Positions 41,924-54,469 of a stretch of 64,000 nt of DNA are shown here, piece by piece. Made by a program: the position numbers and the translations under genes. The DNA is taken from contig OZ024741.1 in the NCBI GenBank assembly GCA_964016885.1, forward strand, positions 396,862,001 through 396,926,000, in the 5' to 3' direction. Source of the DNA: Eledone cirrhosa. Taxonomy: Eukaryota. The notes under the pieces were generated by a model. That model did no database searches. It worked only from the letters and a program-made list of their open reading frames with translations, and had not been told where the DNA came from. The first letter of the stretch is position 1; the number at the start of each line of letters is the position of its first letter.

Positions 41924-42860
41924 ATGTGTGTGTATATGTATGTATATATATATATATATATATATTATTTTTATATTCTTTTAATTTCCCCTCATCTTTA
42001 ACAGAACTCTTCAACTACATCTAACTCTTATTTATCATATCTATATGCATTAGTATAATTTGATCAATATAAATATACCCATCAATTAAATTAATTTATA
42101 TTCTTTTCATGGATGTATATTTTTTTCACTAACACTCTTATCGTAAAATTTTAGTCTCCTTAGATATTTGCATTGGCATTACTATTTTATAACAGCAAAT
42201 GTTCGTATACCTTTTACTGACCTGACCTATTTTCACCCCTAAAATAACCTTCTCATTCTTCACACTCCATTCAAAACTGAAATCTACCTTCATCTACCCC
42301 TAAAATAAACTTCAATTACTACTATTTTACCATTTGGCCAATTATTAACTCTCTATTGGTTAATTCTAAACCTGTTACCAAACAGACAGACTATATCAAA
42401 TCTTTGTTGATTTTATTCAATGAACAAATATAATTATTTCTGAGGTCAGCATGCGACCTATTTTCATCCCTAAAATAATCTTTCATTCATAATATTCTTT
42501 TCCATCCAAAACTGAAATCTACCTTCCTCTACCCATAAATTAAGGTTCTTTTACGACTAGATTACTATCTTGACCTTCACTATCTTTCTATTGGTCAATT
42601 CAAAACCTGTTCCCAAACAGACCTATTGTATTAAATCTTTGTTTTTTCAATAAACAAATATCATTATTTCTGAAGACGGCATATATATGTGTAGGTATGT
42701 ATATTCCCTCTGATAGTTTGTATAAATATTTTACATAGATCTATAGAATATGCATACCAACACTAACACATATATATCCTAGAAACGATCGTAAAATGAT
42801 GAATTTTTTTTTTAATATAAGGAACTGTTTCTTTGTTTATTCATTACTTTATTAATTTAT
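41171..42860 (+). mobile_element. Inverted PLE pseudo-LTR: GIY-YIG endonuclease (41171-41614), 3' UTR and hammerhead
   Basis: Open frame missed by the ORF track: CNCRNKANCPLKGNCFVNNIVYKC...YIGATSNKFKVRFNTH...CRLCSQE...LNKRQELIISCNH. Hammerhead at 42661-42802. Confidence 0.85.
42661..42802 (+). ncRNA. Type I hammerhead motif with ~105-nt stem II region
   Basis: TCATTATTT-CTGAAGA-[long]-GAAAC-GATC-GTA-AAATGATGA, with a 9-bp stem I and palindromic stem III. Confidence 0.65.
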
Positions 42861-42869
42861 ATATACACA

Positions 42870-45800
42870 AACAACAATAACAACACACACAACAATAATA
42901 ACACACACGGAGACAACAACAACACACATCAACAACAGCACACATCAACAACAACAACACACACACATTCAACGCCTCTCACCACCACCACAATCTTAAC
43001 AAACACACAGACACAGAAAACAAGTAATGACAGTAGCACAGAAATCACAAAAATAAGGGAAAGTAATAGAATAAAAAGGAGAAGGGAGACTAAGGACAAA
43101 TAAAATAACCAAGACGAACACACAGACACACAAAATAGGGTAGATAATAACAATGAGCCAGTGGAAAGAGACAGGAGTAATTATGAGAGACATAGAAACA
43201 ACCATGAGGCTGTTGGTGGAAATAGAGATAGAAACAACACAACTAACAATAACAATAGCACTAGTACACATAAAGCAGCAGCCTGGAACTCTACTTTTTA
43301 TAATCCCTCCGATAAGTCGTTCGACCTGCAACGAGTTCACGCCACGACTTTACCATTTAACAAACGCACGCAATTGCCGTCGCAGGTCGATGAACAAACA
43401 GAAGCACAATTTAGTATAGCTAGATCCGAACTTAGAAATATTATAGAACAGTATAGCAAGAAGCATAATAGAATGGAGGCCCAGCAACTGGGAGAAAAAT
43501 CTGCAAATGGCTTGCGTAAGCTCATGCAGCGCTCGCGTAATGGAGAGATAGCATGCTTTCCAACAGACAAGTCTGGCAGAATGTCGGTTGACAGCCTGCC
43601 AAACTACATCCAGGCAATGCAACCCCACATCACTAACACAAGAGAGGTAACACCACAGGAGCATGAGGATAGAGAAAAAACCCTCAATGCCCATATGGTG
43701 GTGTGGACGAATATAATGCAGCCCAACAAAAGGACTGCCAACAACTTCCAGGCCTGGAACAATGACGTGCCGGCGTTGTATGGGCTTCGAAAAGACCATA
43801 AAACGGGCAGTGACCCTGTCACGGGACCACCAACACGGCCAGTCTGTGGAGCTAACATTGCTAGTAACTACAGACTGTCCTACTTCCTCTCCCTGATCAT
43901 ACGCCCCATCATTGAAATGTCCCCAGATGTATGTGACAGCACGGAGGACCTCCTCAGCAGAATCGGCGAGGGTAACCGATCTAGGGACCTAACAAACTGC
44001 ATAATAGGTAGTATGGATGTTGTGTCCCTGTATCCATCTATTGACGTGGATTTTGCTGTGGAGAAATGCGTAGAAATGATCAGTGAGAGCAATGTTGAGT
44101 TCCGTGGGATTGATACCAGTGAGCTGGGACTCCTACTTATACTTACCTATAGTAATAATTACCTAGACACATATGACCTTAGCAACCTGTGCCCTACAAG
44201 ACCAGCAAGAGGCAGACCACCTACCATTACCTCAATGGCCAAGAAAACCCACACAGATAGATGGAACGGGTGGACCAGAGCCATACGGGTGGACCAGATC
44301 CCGAAAACCACGATGAACTGAAGAAAATGATTGCACATGCGGTAGGGGCCAGCATAAAACTAACCCTTAAGGAACATATGTTCAAATTTAAGGGAAAAAC
44401 ATATGCCCAAGAGGAAGGAGTAGCCATTGGTGTTAGCATTGCAGGCGACATAGCTAACTTATTCATGGTATGGTGGGACAGTAGACTTAAGCTTAAATTT
44501 AAAGAACAATTAGAAGACCCCTTAACCCTGATAATGTACTCCCGCTACGTTGATGATATAAACATCGTAGTTAAGACACCCCCACTAAAGAACAGTCAGG
44601 AAATAGAGAAAAACACAATGGAAAGCACCTAGAAAATAGCTAACTCCATCCACCAGAGTATTAGAGTTACTATAGACTACCCAAGTAAACACCCCAACCA
44701 TCGATTACCTGTACTAGACACAGAGCTCTGGTTAGATACCATTAATAACAAAAAACAAATCCTCCATTCCCATTATGCCAAACCCATGACTTCCAAACAT
44801 CTGATCCACCGAAACTCGGCTGTTTCGGACCATACCAAAATCAACATACTGATTGCGGATTTGGTACGGGTGATGAGAAACGTGTCCCGCATGTGCAACC
44901 CCGAAGAACTAGAGAGACACATACAACACTTCATCCACCGTATGCAGTTCTCTGGTTACAATCAGAGAGACAAAATCAGAGTGTATAGAGGAGCCAGAAC
45001 CAAATGGGAAAAAATGGTAAATAACGACATAAATGGGACCTGCCCCTTGTATAAGAGCAAATTTTGGAATAGAATAGAAAGAACTAGGAATAAGGCTAAT
45101 AGAATAAACTCATGGTATGATAGCAATAAATACCAGAGTGTAATGTTCATCGATACAACCCCTAGAGGTGAATTAGCTTACAAATTTAGAAGGGCCCTAG
45201 ATAAACATAAACTCAATATTAAGATAGTAGAAAGACCAGGTACCTCCGTAAAAACACATATTAGCAAGACATACCCTTTTCAAAGACCTCCATGTATAGA
45301 TAAGAAATGTATAACCTGTAAAATAAGCCCCCATATTAACTGTAAAACTAGAAATGTAGTGTATAGCATAAGATGTACTGAAGGACAATGTAGAGACAAA
45401 AATATAGTGTACATAGGTGAGACAGCTCGTAGTGTAGGGGAACGGAGAAATGAACACTGGCGAGACCTTCAAGATAGTAAAGAATCATCTGTACTCTACC
45501 AACATGCTAAAATAGAACACAAGGGTAAATTAGAGAACATAGAAATAAAAATAGAATCTACACACAGAAAAGACGCAATGTTTAGACAAATCACAGAGGC
45601 AATAAACATAAAGAATTACAACCAAAATTAAATAGAAAATATGAGTGGAACAGCAACATCACAACTTACAATTAAGGACAAAATGAAAACACACACACAC
45701 ACACATAGAACAAACAACCAACCAGTAACATGTAAATAAACAAATAAATAAATGAACATAAACACACACAGACACCCGGATCTGGCGCATGCGCAGACTA

Positions 45801-46135
45801 AGCACACAACACACACACAGAAACAAAATGGCGTAGGACAGAACAAAGGAGAGGCACAAAAACAAAGAAAAGAATCCCCAGTCACTGAAGAGGTCACAGA
45901 ATGTGTGACGAAAGAACTTTGACAATATATAAACAACTATCTGGTTGTGGAACCAACCAACCAACCAGAAATTTATAGATTTATTCCTAAATTTATAAAT
46001 TTATTATAATACATTGAAGTGAAAGCTACTGGTGCGTGTGTTTCTTATTGGCAACATGACCCTCCCAAAGTATAACAATATCGGTTTCAACACACGATTT
46101 CAGATAAAGAATCTTGCTAAACAAATTCAGAAACG

Positions 46136-46140
<5 letters not shown>
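42870..46140 (+). mobile_element. Near-complete Penelope-like retroelement (RT + GIY-YIG), inactivated
   Basis: ORF pieces 43161-44321, 44261-44632 and 44786-45631. Motifs PTDKSG, SMDVVSLYPSI, YSRYVDD and VVYSIRC...VYIGET. One frameshift and one stop. 3' hammerhead present. Confidence 0.93.
45881..45923 (+). ncRNA. Minimal type I hammerhead ribozyme in PLE 3' UTR
   Basis: GTCA-CTGAAGA-G-GTCACA-GAATG-TGTGAC-GAAAG-AA-CTT-TGAC. Confidence 0.75.
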
Positions 46141-46193
<53 letters not shown>

Positions 46194-46359
46194 CGAAGGA
46201 ATTGTGGTAAGGAACCAGATGGACAATAACGCACCAGAGTAGTCAATACTTAGGGTAGTAGAGTGGGTAATAGGAAAATTTATGGCCCCGACGGCAGAGC
46301 TCAAGCCGTTTCGACGGCTATTTCCGGACTCAGAAATAGACGTCTGGGCCATACTTTTT

Positions 46360-46508
<149 letters not shown>

Positions 46509-47013
46509 GGAAGAAATGTGGTAAGGAACCAGGTGGACCATAACGCACCAAAGTACTCAATACTTAGGGTAGTTGAGTGGGTAATAGGAATGAGTAGGAC
46601 CCCGACAGCAGAGCTCAAGCCGTTTCGACGGCTATTTCTGTAGTCCAGAAATAGCCGTCGAAACGGCTTGATCCCTGCCATCGGGGTCATACTTTTTCCT
46701 ATTGCCCACTCTACTACACTAAGTAATGAATTATTGGCTTGATTTTTTTCATTTTTTCTTCTCTTTACGTTGCCTCCCCATTCGTGTCTGTTTACATGTC
46801 TTTCTCTTTCTCCACCCAACTCTTTTTATCCCAATAACTTATTTTAGTTATTGTATCGCCCTAGGCGGAGGTATATTGTCTGTAATGCGAAGAAATACCT
46901 ATGATGCCTAGTAGACAACTGATGACGGATATTCCTAACTTCTATTTCTAATTCTTCATTTTTTATACTTAAATGCAGCAACACAGTTCGCCATTTTTGA
47001 TTTATATATATAT

Positions 47014-47208
47014 ATAGTTATGTAATAAACAACATAGGGCTGTTGTTTCATTTACCAGTGGTTTCTTAGAGGCAAGCAGGTTTTGCTTTCAATCATCAGA
47101 ATGAAAAAATCCTGGTGTCATTCTGATGATTGAAAGCAAAATTTGTTTGCTTTTGGGAAGCCGCTGGTGGGTGAAGTAGTTACCTTATGTTGTTTATTAC
47201 ATAACTAT
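47014..47208. repeat. 91-bp-arm fold-back of the 18833 hammerhead family with clustered transitions
   Basis: 47014-47104 versus 47118-47208. The left arm has an intact hammerhead core on the minus strand. 19 arm differences are confined to the central 44 nt. Confidence 0.9.
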
Positions 47209-47602
47209 TAAGCTCTGTAACCTACATAGAGCACTCTTTTGTCCTGGACCTTTCCGACGGAATTACTTCATTTATATATATATGTGTGTATATATAACGA
47301 AGGAATTGTGGTGAGGAACCAGATGGGCCATAGCGCACCAAGGTACTCAATACTTAGTGTAGTAGAGTGGGCAATAGGAAAAAGTATGACCCCTACGGCA
47401 GGGATCATGCCGTTTCGACGGCTATTTCTGGACTACAGAAATAGCCGTCGAAACGGCTTGAGCTCTGCCGTCGGGGTCCTACTTGTTCCTATATATATAT
47501 ATATATACATGTCAACATGAATGGACCTATTATTTTTATCTAAAGACATTTTTTCCAATTCCATCCCGCCCGTCCCTTTAATCTACTTTATTTCTCATTC
47601 TT

Positions 47603-47638
47603 TCTTCTGATGAAGGACTAGCGTCCGAAACGTTAAGA
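47603..47638 (+). ncRNA. Minimal type I hammerhead ribozyme motif
   Basis: TCTT-CTGATGA-A-GGAC-TAGC-GTCC-GAAAC-GTT-AAGA, the classic PLE-type minimal form with palindromic AACGTT. Confidence 0.8.
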
Positions 47639-47727
47639 CCCTCTTCCTGCTATATCAAGCGTTAACCTAATATATACCTTCCATTTACTGTACCGATTGT
47701 GTTGCTATGTCTGTTTACCTTTTACAT

Positions 47728-47818
<91 letters not shown>

Positions 47819-48139
47819 ACGAAGGAAGTGTGGTAAGGAACCAGGTGGACCATAACGCACCAGAGTACTCGATACTTAGGGTAGTAGAGTGGGAAATAGG
47901 AAAAGTGTCAGGACCCCGACGATTGAGCTCCGGCCGTTTCGACAGCTAGTTTTGAACAGTTCAGAACTAGCTGTCGAAACGGCCGGAACTCAGCCGTCGG
48001 GGTCCTGACTCTTTTCCTATATATATACAATATGTTGAAAAGGTAACACACCAGAGAGAGATATACAGTGCGCTATCAATAAAACAGGGGAAAAAACCAC
48101 CAGTGTATGGAATCTATAACCTATGAAATATATATATAT

Positions 48140-48257
<118 letters not shown>

Positions 48258-48268
48258 ATATATATATA

Positions 48269-49130
48269 CTAGTTGTGTGTCAGAAAAGTAACAGGACTTA
48301 GTGTGCTATGTAATCTATGGGTGGGCTAGGGATTAGCATGCTGCGTCACCGTCTGACGTAATATCCGGGCGTATATAACTGCGATCTCAACTCTCTGCAG
48401 TCATTTGTGTCATTTTCACGGGCTTTTGTTTAACAGCTCATCGTTAGAGCGATGAATCAACCTCATGTATCTGGTCCGGCTGGGGAGAACCCTGTCAGAA
48501 GCATTCTGAATATTGCAACAAGTGTACAGAGATCAGACGATGTCGCACTCACAGGTTTTCAAGCGGCACAAAAGGTTCAGAGCAGGACACTAGGACGTGG
48601 AAGACGACCCCAGGAGCAAAAGGTCTTCAATAATCAGAATTGTGGCCAACGCTGAGCGCGTGGGGGGGGGGGGCATAGTGACCGTCGGTTGACCGATCAC
48701 AACTGAGCTGGGCATGAACCGCCACAGTGTTTGGAAGATTATCTTCGAAGATTTGGACATGCGATCTGCGCCAAGATCTGCGCGAAGATGGTGTCGAAAC
48801 TGCTGGACGATGAGCAGAAGAAAGGACGTATGTATGAGTATCAGGACATGCTGGAGCCTCATGAAATCAAACCTAACTTCCTGGGGAGAGTCATCACCGT
48901 TGATAGGTGAAGGGTACACGTTTTCGGACGTGGAAACTACCAAGAAGGCCGTGAAGACATAGCTGCGGAGAATCCCGGAAGCATTCTTCTATGAGTGTGT
49001 GAAGTGGTGACGGAGAAGAATGAGAAAATGTGTCTCGAACGGGATTATTTGGAAGAGGAAAAGATGTAGTTTGGATAAGAAATATTTCTTTTGTGACCTC
49101 AGTGCTGTCTTTTTTCTGCCATACCACACG
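48269..49130 (+). mobile_element. Degenerate internally deleted mariner related to 8698-9558
   Basis: Similar TIRs (GTCAGAAAAG / TTTTCTGCCATACCACACG) and remnants GACGTGGAAGACGACCCCAGGAGC, GCGAAGATGGTG and GTCATCACCG. Confidence 0.8.
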
Positions 49131-49142
49131 TATATGTATATA

Positions 49143-49178
<36 letters not shown>

Positions 49179-49301
49179 TGTATGTATGTATGTATGTATG
49201 TATGTATGTATGTATGTATGTATGTATATATATGTGTGTGTGTGTGTTACATAATTCCAAAGGAAAAGCAAAGGAGAGAGTGCTCTATATATAGAACAGA
49301 G

Positions 49302-49450
49302 CTATTTAATTAGAAAGTGAACAACACAAAATATAACTACTCCATTACCAAAGGTTTCTGGATCACAGACAATAATAATATATGTCTGGATCGGTCGTCA
49401 GACAGAGGATCCAGAAACCTTTGCTAATGGAGTAGTTATATTTTGTGTTG
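49302..49450. mobile_element. Fold-back element with complete hammerhead on minus strand (49339-49407)
   Basis: About 60-bp arms. Minus strand reads CTCTGT-CTGACGA-CC-GATC..GATCC-A-GAAAC-CTTTG-GTA-ATGGAG. Confidence 0.75.
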
Positions 49451-49466
49451 TTCACTTTCTAATTAA

Positions 49467-49508
<42 letters not shown>

Positions 49509-49813
49509 TGGTTGGATGCTTCCATAAGCTGTATGCCGGTTGAGCACTCAAGCATACAGATGATGTCTCGAACTCTTGACCATTCGATGGGCCGCGCAAA
49601 CAGGATGATGGCAGATTAAAGAAATTCTAAGGGTCGGAGTCCAACAGACAGAGGATTTGCTTCGAAGTCGCTAGACGTATCTGAGGAAGTTGCGAATCCA
49701 GAGTCAGGTACGATCCACAACTAGAGGTTATATTTAGGACTATCCAGGAAGCTCCAACCGTTAAGGTTGTCTTTTTTCCGGGTATGTCAATATTTATTTA
49801 TAAAACAAATCTG

Positions 49814-49879
49814 TATTTTATCTGATGAAAGCGCACCATAATTTGCCTTGGTTGCCCTTGAAATATATATAATAAAATA
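49814..49879 (+). ncRNA. Type I hammerhead motif
   Basis: TATTTTAT-CTGATGA-AAG..CTT-GAAAT-ATAT-ATA-ATAAAATA, with an 8-bp stem I. Confidence 0.65.
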
Positions 49880-49917
49880 AATATGGTTTTATAAATATAG
49901 TTTCCATTTATTAATAT

Positions 49918-49974
<57 letters not shown>

Positions 49975-49976
<2 letters not shown>

Positions 49977-51518
49977 GATGATGACATACTGATACTCACT
50001 TCTTCCCGGGAGATGGCGAATGAAATTCACCAAATCTTTAACGACACTGACCATCACGTCGATTTCACCATCGAACACCCTGAAGAAGACGGGTCACTCG
50101 CCCTCCTCGACTTCCGTATCAACATCTCGGAAGAAGGAGACATAAACACCACCTTCTACCGCAAGGCAGCGTGCAAGGACTTATTTATGCATTACAACTC
50201 AGCCCTCCCCAACAGCGCTAAGAGAGGCTATGTCCTAAATGAACTTACACGGATCACTAATAGATGCAGCGACCCGATGGGTGGTCTCACCCATACCACG
50301 CAATTCCGTAATCTACTCAAGTCTAATGGATATCCCAAGCGACTGATTAACGGAATTAGAGACCCCCAGACCCAATAGACAGACACCCACTAGAAACTTA
50401 GATAAAAGCAGGTGCTTCTTTAAAATCCCCCACCTGAGTGAATATACCACGAACGCCATCCGCAGGGCCATACGGAGGGAGGGACTTGACATACATTTGG
50501 CTCACACAGGACCTTCGCTCCGAAGATGCCTCTCCACCAAACCCGACGAGTCAGATGGGACGTGTTCCCTCAGCAACTGCCCGATACGGGGGGCAGATTG
50601 CCTACGCACCTATGTCGTATATAAGATTCAATGCGATAAATGTAACAAGTTTTACATAGGTAGCACCATCCGACCCCTACATGTTCGTATCAAGGAACAT
50701 GTCAACACCAACGCATCTTCCTTCCGTAAACACATCCTTAAATGCGGAAACCCACAGGGCAGACCCTTGGTCACAGTCCTAGCGACTGAACGCAGCATCG
50801 GATCCTTAAGGATAAAGGAAGCACTTGTTATTAAGAACCTCAGACCCCCACTTAACAACCTGGCTGAGAGAAATGAGCTGACATGGCTAATTTAACCATA
50901 GTGACCAGTAACAGCCCCTACGGCCTATTTATTATCTTTCACACACACGCACTTATATGTATACCCATACACATACACACACACACACACATCTATATTT
51001 ATACACGCACACATGTTTAAACAACCTACCACCTTTCACACCCTTTGAATTCCAGCTTCTACGGCCCACTATCTTTCACACACACACACTCACATACATA
51101 CACACATACACATATACACACACAGTTACACACACATATATATTTACACACACATATTTTACGGCTTTCACACGCTAGCGCACCCTATTGATTTAACCCA
51201 ATTGGTCAGTAGCTTTTGCCACAGCCTATCACGCGCACGCGCATTCTTTCCCTCGTTTGAATTTTCCCCATAACGGCATTCCTATGTTTTAACGACAATA
51301 CAACTTTCTCCGGCTTAGCCTGTTACCCCCCTTTTGGAACTTTCCCCCGTTGATGGGCGTGAGCCCGAAATATTGGGATTAAATCTCCACTACGGTAACC
51401 CTTCTACCTTTGTTTTGTTTTCCTTTTTCGTTTCTCTCAATTTTCACTTTTCTCCTATTTCTCACTCACTTCCTACCTCGAGATTTCCCATCTGCATTGT
51501 TGTGGCTTTCTAAACTAC

Positions 51519-51525
<7 letters not shown>
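49975..51525 (+). mobile_element. 5'-truncated Penelope-like element (RT thumb + GIY-YIG) between (TA)n tracts
   Basis: DDILIL...FTIEHPEEDGSLALLD...TFYRK and VVYKIQCDKCNKFYIGSTIRPLHVRIKEH. Variant hammerhead TCCC-CCGTTGA-T-GGGC-GTGA-GCCC-GAAAT-ATT-GGGA at 51343-51378. Confidence 0.9.
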
Positions 51526-51588
<63 letters not shown>

Positions 51589-51700
51589 TGTGTGTGTAAT
51601 CTCGTTGACTTGCGGGACCAACCTTTTCAACCCATGTCGGTGGAAAGGAGCCTTTCCACCGACATAGTTTGTAAAAATTTGATTATATATACATGTGTGC

Positions 51701-51731
<31 letters not shown>

Positions 51732-51787
51732 GTTGCGTATGAATTGAAATATACTTCAGGTGCAACTACTGGTTGTATTTTGCTTAC

Positions 51788-51873
51788 CTTCCACTTTGTG
51801 CCGTTGCAATGTCCAAAGTTATATATCCGCAGCATATCCAGGCTAGCAACACTAAATACAGCTTCGTGGCCAT
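51788..51873 (-). CDS. Coding exon 1 (signal peptide) of a secreted EMI-EGF-TB-VWD protein (SCO-spondin/otogelin/mucin/vWF-like)
   Basis: ATG at 51873 gives MATKLYLVLLAWICCGYITLDIATAQSG (basic residue, hydrophobic core, ATA-Q cleavage-like site). It ends AG|GTAAGC in phase 2, matching the phase-2 acceptor of the exon at 24383. The link spans a 27 kb intron, so it is inferred. Confidence 0.72.
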
Positions 51874-52036
51874 ACTCTCTCTTATCACCTTCTCACTTTC
51901 ACCCTCGCTATATTACCACTTATTCTTTGTTATATTTAGATCTTTGTTCCTTGTTGAAGTTTAAAAAGTGAGGAATCTGATGAAGTAACAAACTGGCAGG
52001 ACAAACCTTTGTCGCTAGATTACCTGAAGAGATTTC

Positions 52037-52044
52037 TATTTATA
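52037..52044 (-). promoter_or_regulatory. Candidate TATA box of the VWD-domain gene
   Basis: TATAAATA on the minus strand about 165 nt upstream of the ATG, in non-repetitive sequence. This would give a 5' UTR of about 140 nt. Confidence 0.45.
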
Positions 52045-52121
52045 CCTCATGTGGGAGGAGAAGAAAGCAACAAAAACATTGTCACTATCAATATTATCAT
52101 AACCATCATTATCATGGAATG

Positions 52122-52154
<33 letters not shown>

Positions 52155-53099
52155 ACTACATTGTCATCACGTAGATAAACAGTAAACAACACAAAGGAAA
52201 CATTTCTAATTGGTTTACATGTTAACAAAGTCATTGATAAATTTTTATTGTCAGCAAGAGTCACTTTAATGTTTCTCAAAATAAAACACAAACAAAACAA
52301 AAGAAAACAAAGAAAAGGTTTTCTTTTCTTCTGAAAATCATTAGAAAGTCAGATATTTTAGACCACAAACTAAACAGGTGTCACACACGGGTGAACGATT
52401 TTCTTAGGAATTTCATAATTTTTACTCAAATCAATAAAAAATGGGAAGGTTCTATTGATTTGCTATTGTTTCTTCGATCATATGAAACCATTTTATATTT
52501 TCTTTCTTTGCTTTTTAACCTTTTTTATTTTATTTTATTTTATTTTATTTTATTTTATTTTATTTTATTTTATTTTATTTTATTTCTGTTGTCAACTGTT
52601 CGGTTGTGGGCGATATCTTCCTCCTTTTCTAGAGGTAGAGAGGTAGGGAGAGGTAAGGAGAGGTAGGGAGAGGTAAGGAGAGGTAAGGAGAGGTAGGGTG
52701 AGGTAGGGAGAGAGTAAGAGTGAGAGAGTGTGTAGCTGGGAGAGAGTGAGGGAGAGAGAGACTGATAAGAAGCACGGTAGACAGGTGTGCCTGAGTGTGT
52801 GTGTGTATGTGTGTATAGGTGGGTGTTTGTATGTGAGTGTGTGTGCTTAAGTATGTGTATGTGTGTGTGTATATATATATATAGTTGTGTTTGTATGCGT
52901 GTGTCTATGTGTATGTGTGTATACGTGTGCATACGTGGGTGTTTGTATGTGTATGTGTATATATTTGTGCAGGTGTGTGTTAGCGTATATGCGCGTGTGT
53001 ATGCGTGGATGTATATGTGTACATGTGTAGAAGTACATGTACACAAATATATGTAGCTAACGGGCCTTAGGGTCCTTGTCAAGGGTTGTGTTTCTTCTC

Positions 53100-54420
53100 C
53101 TGCCATGTAAAACCACCACCACCACCACCACCATCATAATCGGGTGGAGAGAGCCACGGAGGCTCAAATACATGGAGGCTACGCCCTAAGAGGCGAAGTC
53201 TCACTCTTTGGAAACCCTAAAGAGTGAGGAGATAGTCTTGGTGCCCTCCTACTGCGGGCAGAAAAAAGTGAGGGTCAAAGTGACCCAGGTCCCACCCGAC
53301 GTGCCCATACTTTGGCTGGTTGCGTCTGTCCTTCCTGGAATCGAGGACAGGACAACCATGCTGCAAGTAGAGAAAATAGGGATAGAGAACTGGTCAGGTA
53401 TAGGCAATGCAAATGCTAATACAAACTGACCAGGAGTGTATCGACGCTATCCCCGATATCATAGACCTCGAGGAAGGACTCAAACTCCATATAAGCGTGG
53501 AAGGAAGACACCCAAAATGTTATCTCTGTGGGTCAAAGGGTCACCTCAGGACCTTTTGCCCGCAGAAGACAGCGAAGAAGAAGGCCCCCTCCTTCCAATG
53601 CCTTGTCCACTGCTACCAAGAGCAGGGCAGGCAACAAACGCAGAAGACCCTTCCACTATGAGTAGGAGGGCAACGTCCGTGGTACCCGTACCAAGGCCAC
53701 GGACAACTAAAGCAGCAGCATCAATGGCGGCATCACCAGTAGCTACATTTGCAGTAGCTGCACCAGCAACAAAATCGCCGGAGAGGGCTCCACTACCACC
53801 ACCAACAGCCGTGGAGGACATACCCCTCCCAGACGCCACGGAATCCGACATGGAGTATGAGGCGGGAGTGAAGTGGCAAACGGTCTGCCACAAAAAACAA
53901 AAAACCAAAAAAAAAAACCCTTAGCTTCACCCTCCAAAAGGGAAGGTAAACAAAGAAGGGTAAAGGCTGCAAAGCGACTCGCAGCAACGCTACCACCATC
54001 ACCAACAACAACCACACCACCACCAGCAACATCACCACAAACATCAACATCGCAAGCACAATAAGACAAACATACCAAGCAGCAGCAACAAGAAAACAGC
54101 AACAAAACCAAACCCCCCGAAAACATTACAGTCATAAACATGGCAAATAAAGAACTCTTAGAACATATAAAGCAGCACACAGACATTAAGGACAAACATT
54201 ACTACACCCCACCGACACCAAGAACTCTCCCGAAAAATATAAACATTATTGAAATTAAAATAGAACATTATAAACTGTCAAAAGAAAAATTCCCCAACGC
54301 AGTTGGAGACATCAGTGGGTCAGTTACCAAAAGAATATACACCGACATCATCTTGGAGATACCCATGACCAGCCAAAGGGACGGTTCAACTGTCCCTTCC
54401 CCACACGATCAGGGTAGGTG
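53100..54420 (+). pseudogene. L1/Tx1-type ORF1 (gag-like CCHC knuckle), frameshifted
   Basis: ISVEGRHPKCYLCGSKGHLRTFC (CX2CX4HX4C), followed by a low-complexity tail. Confidence 0.75.
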
Positions 54421-54469
54421 ATCCTTTATCATTTACTCCATTCCGTTCCTTACCACACTTCCTTCGTTA

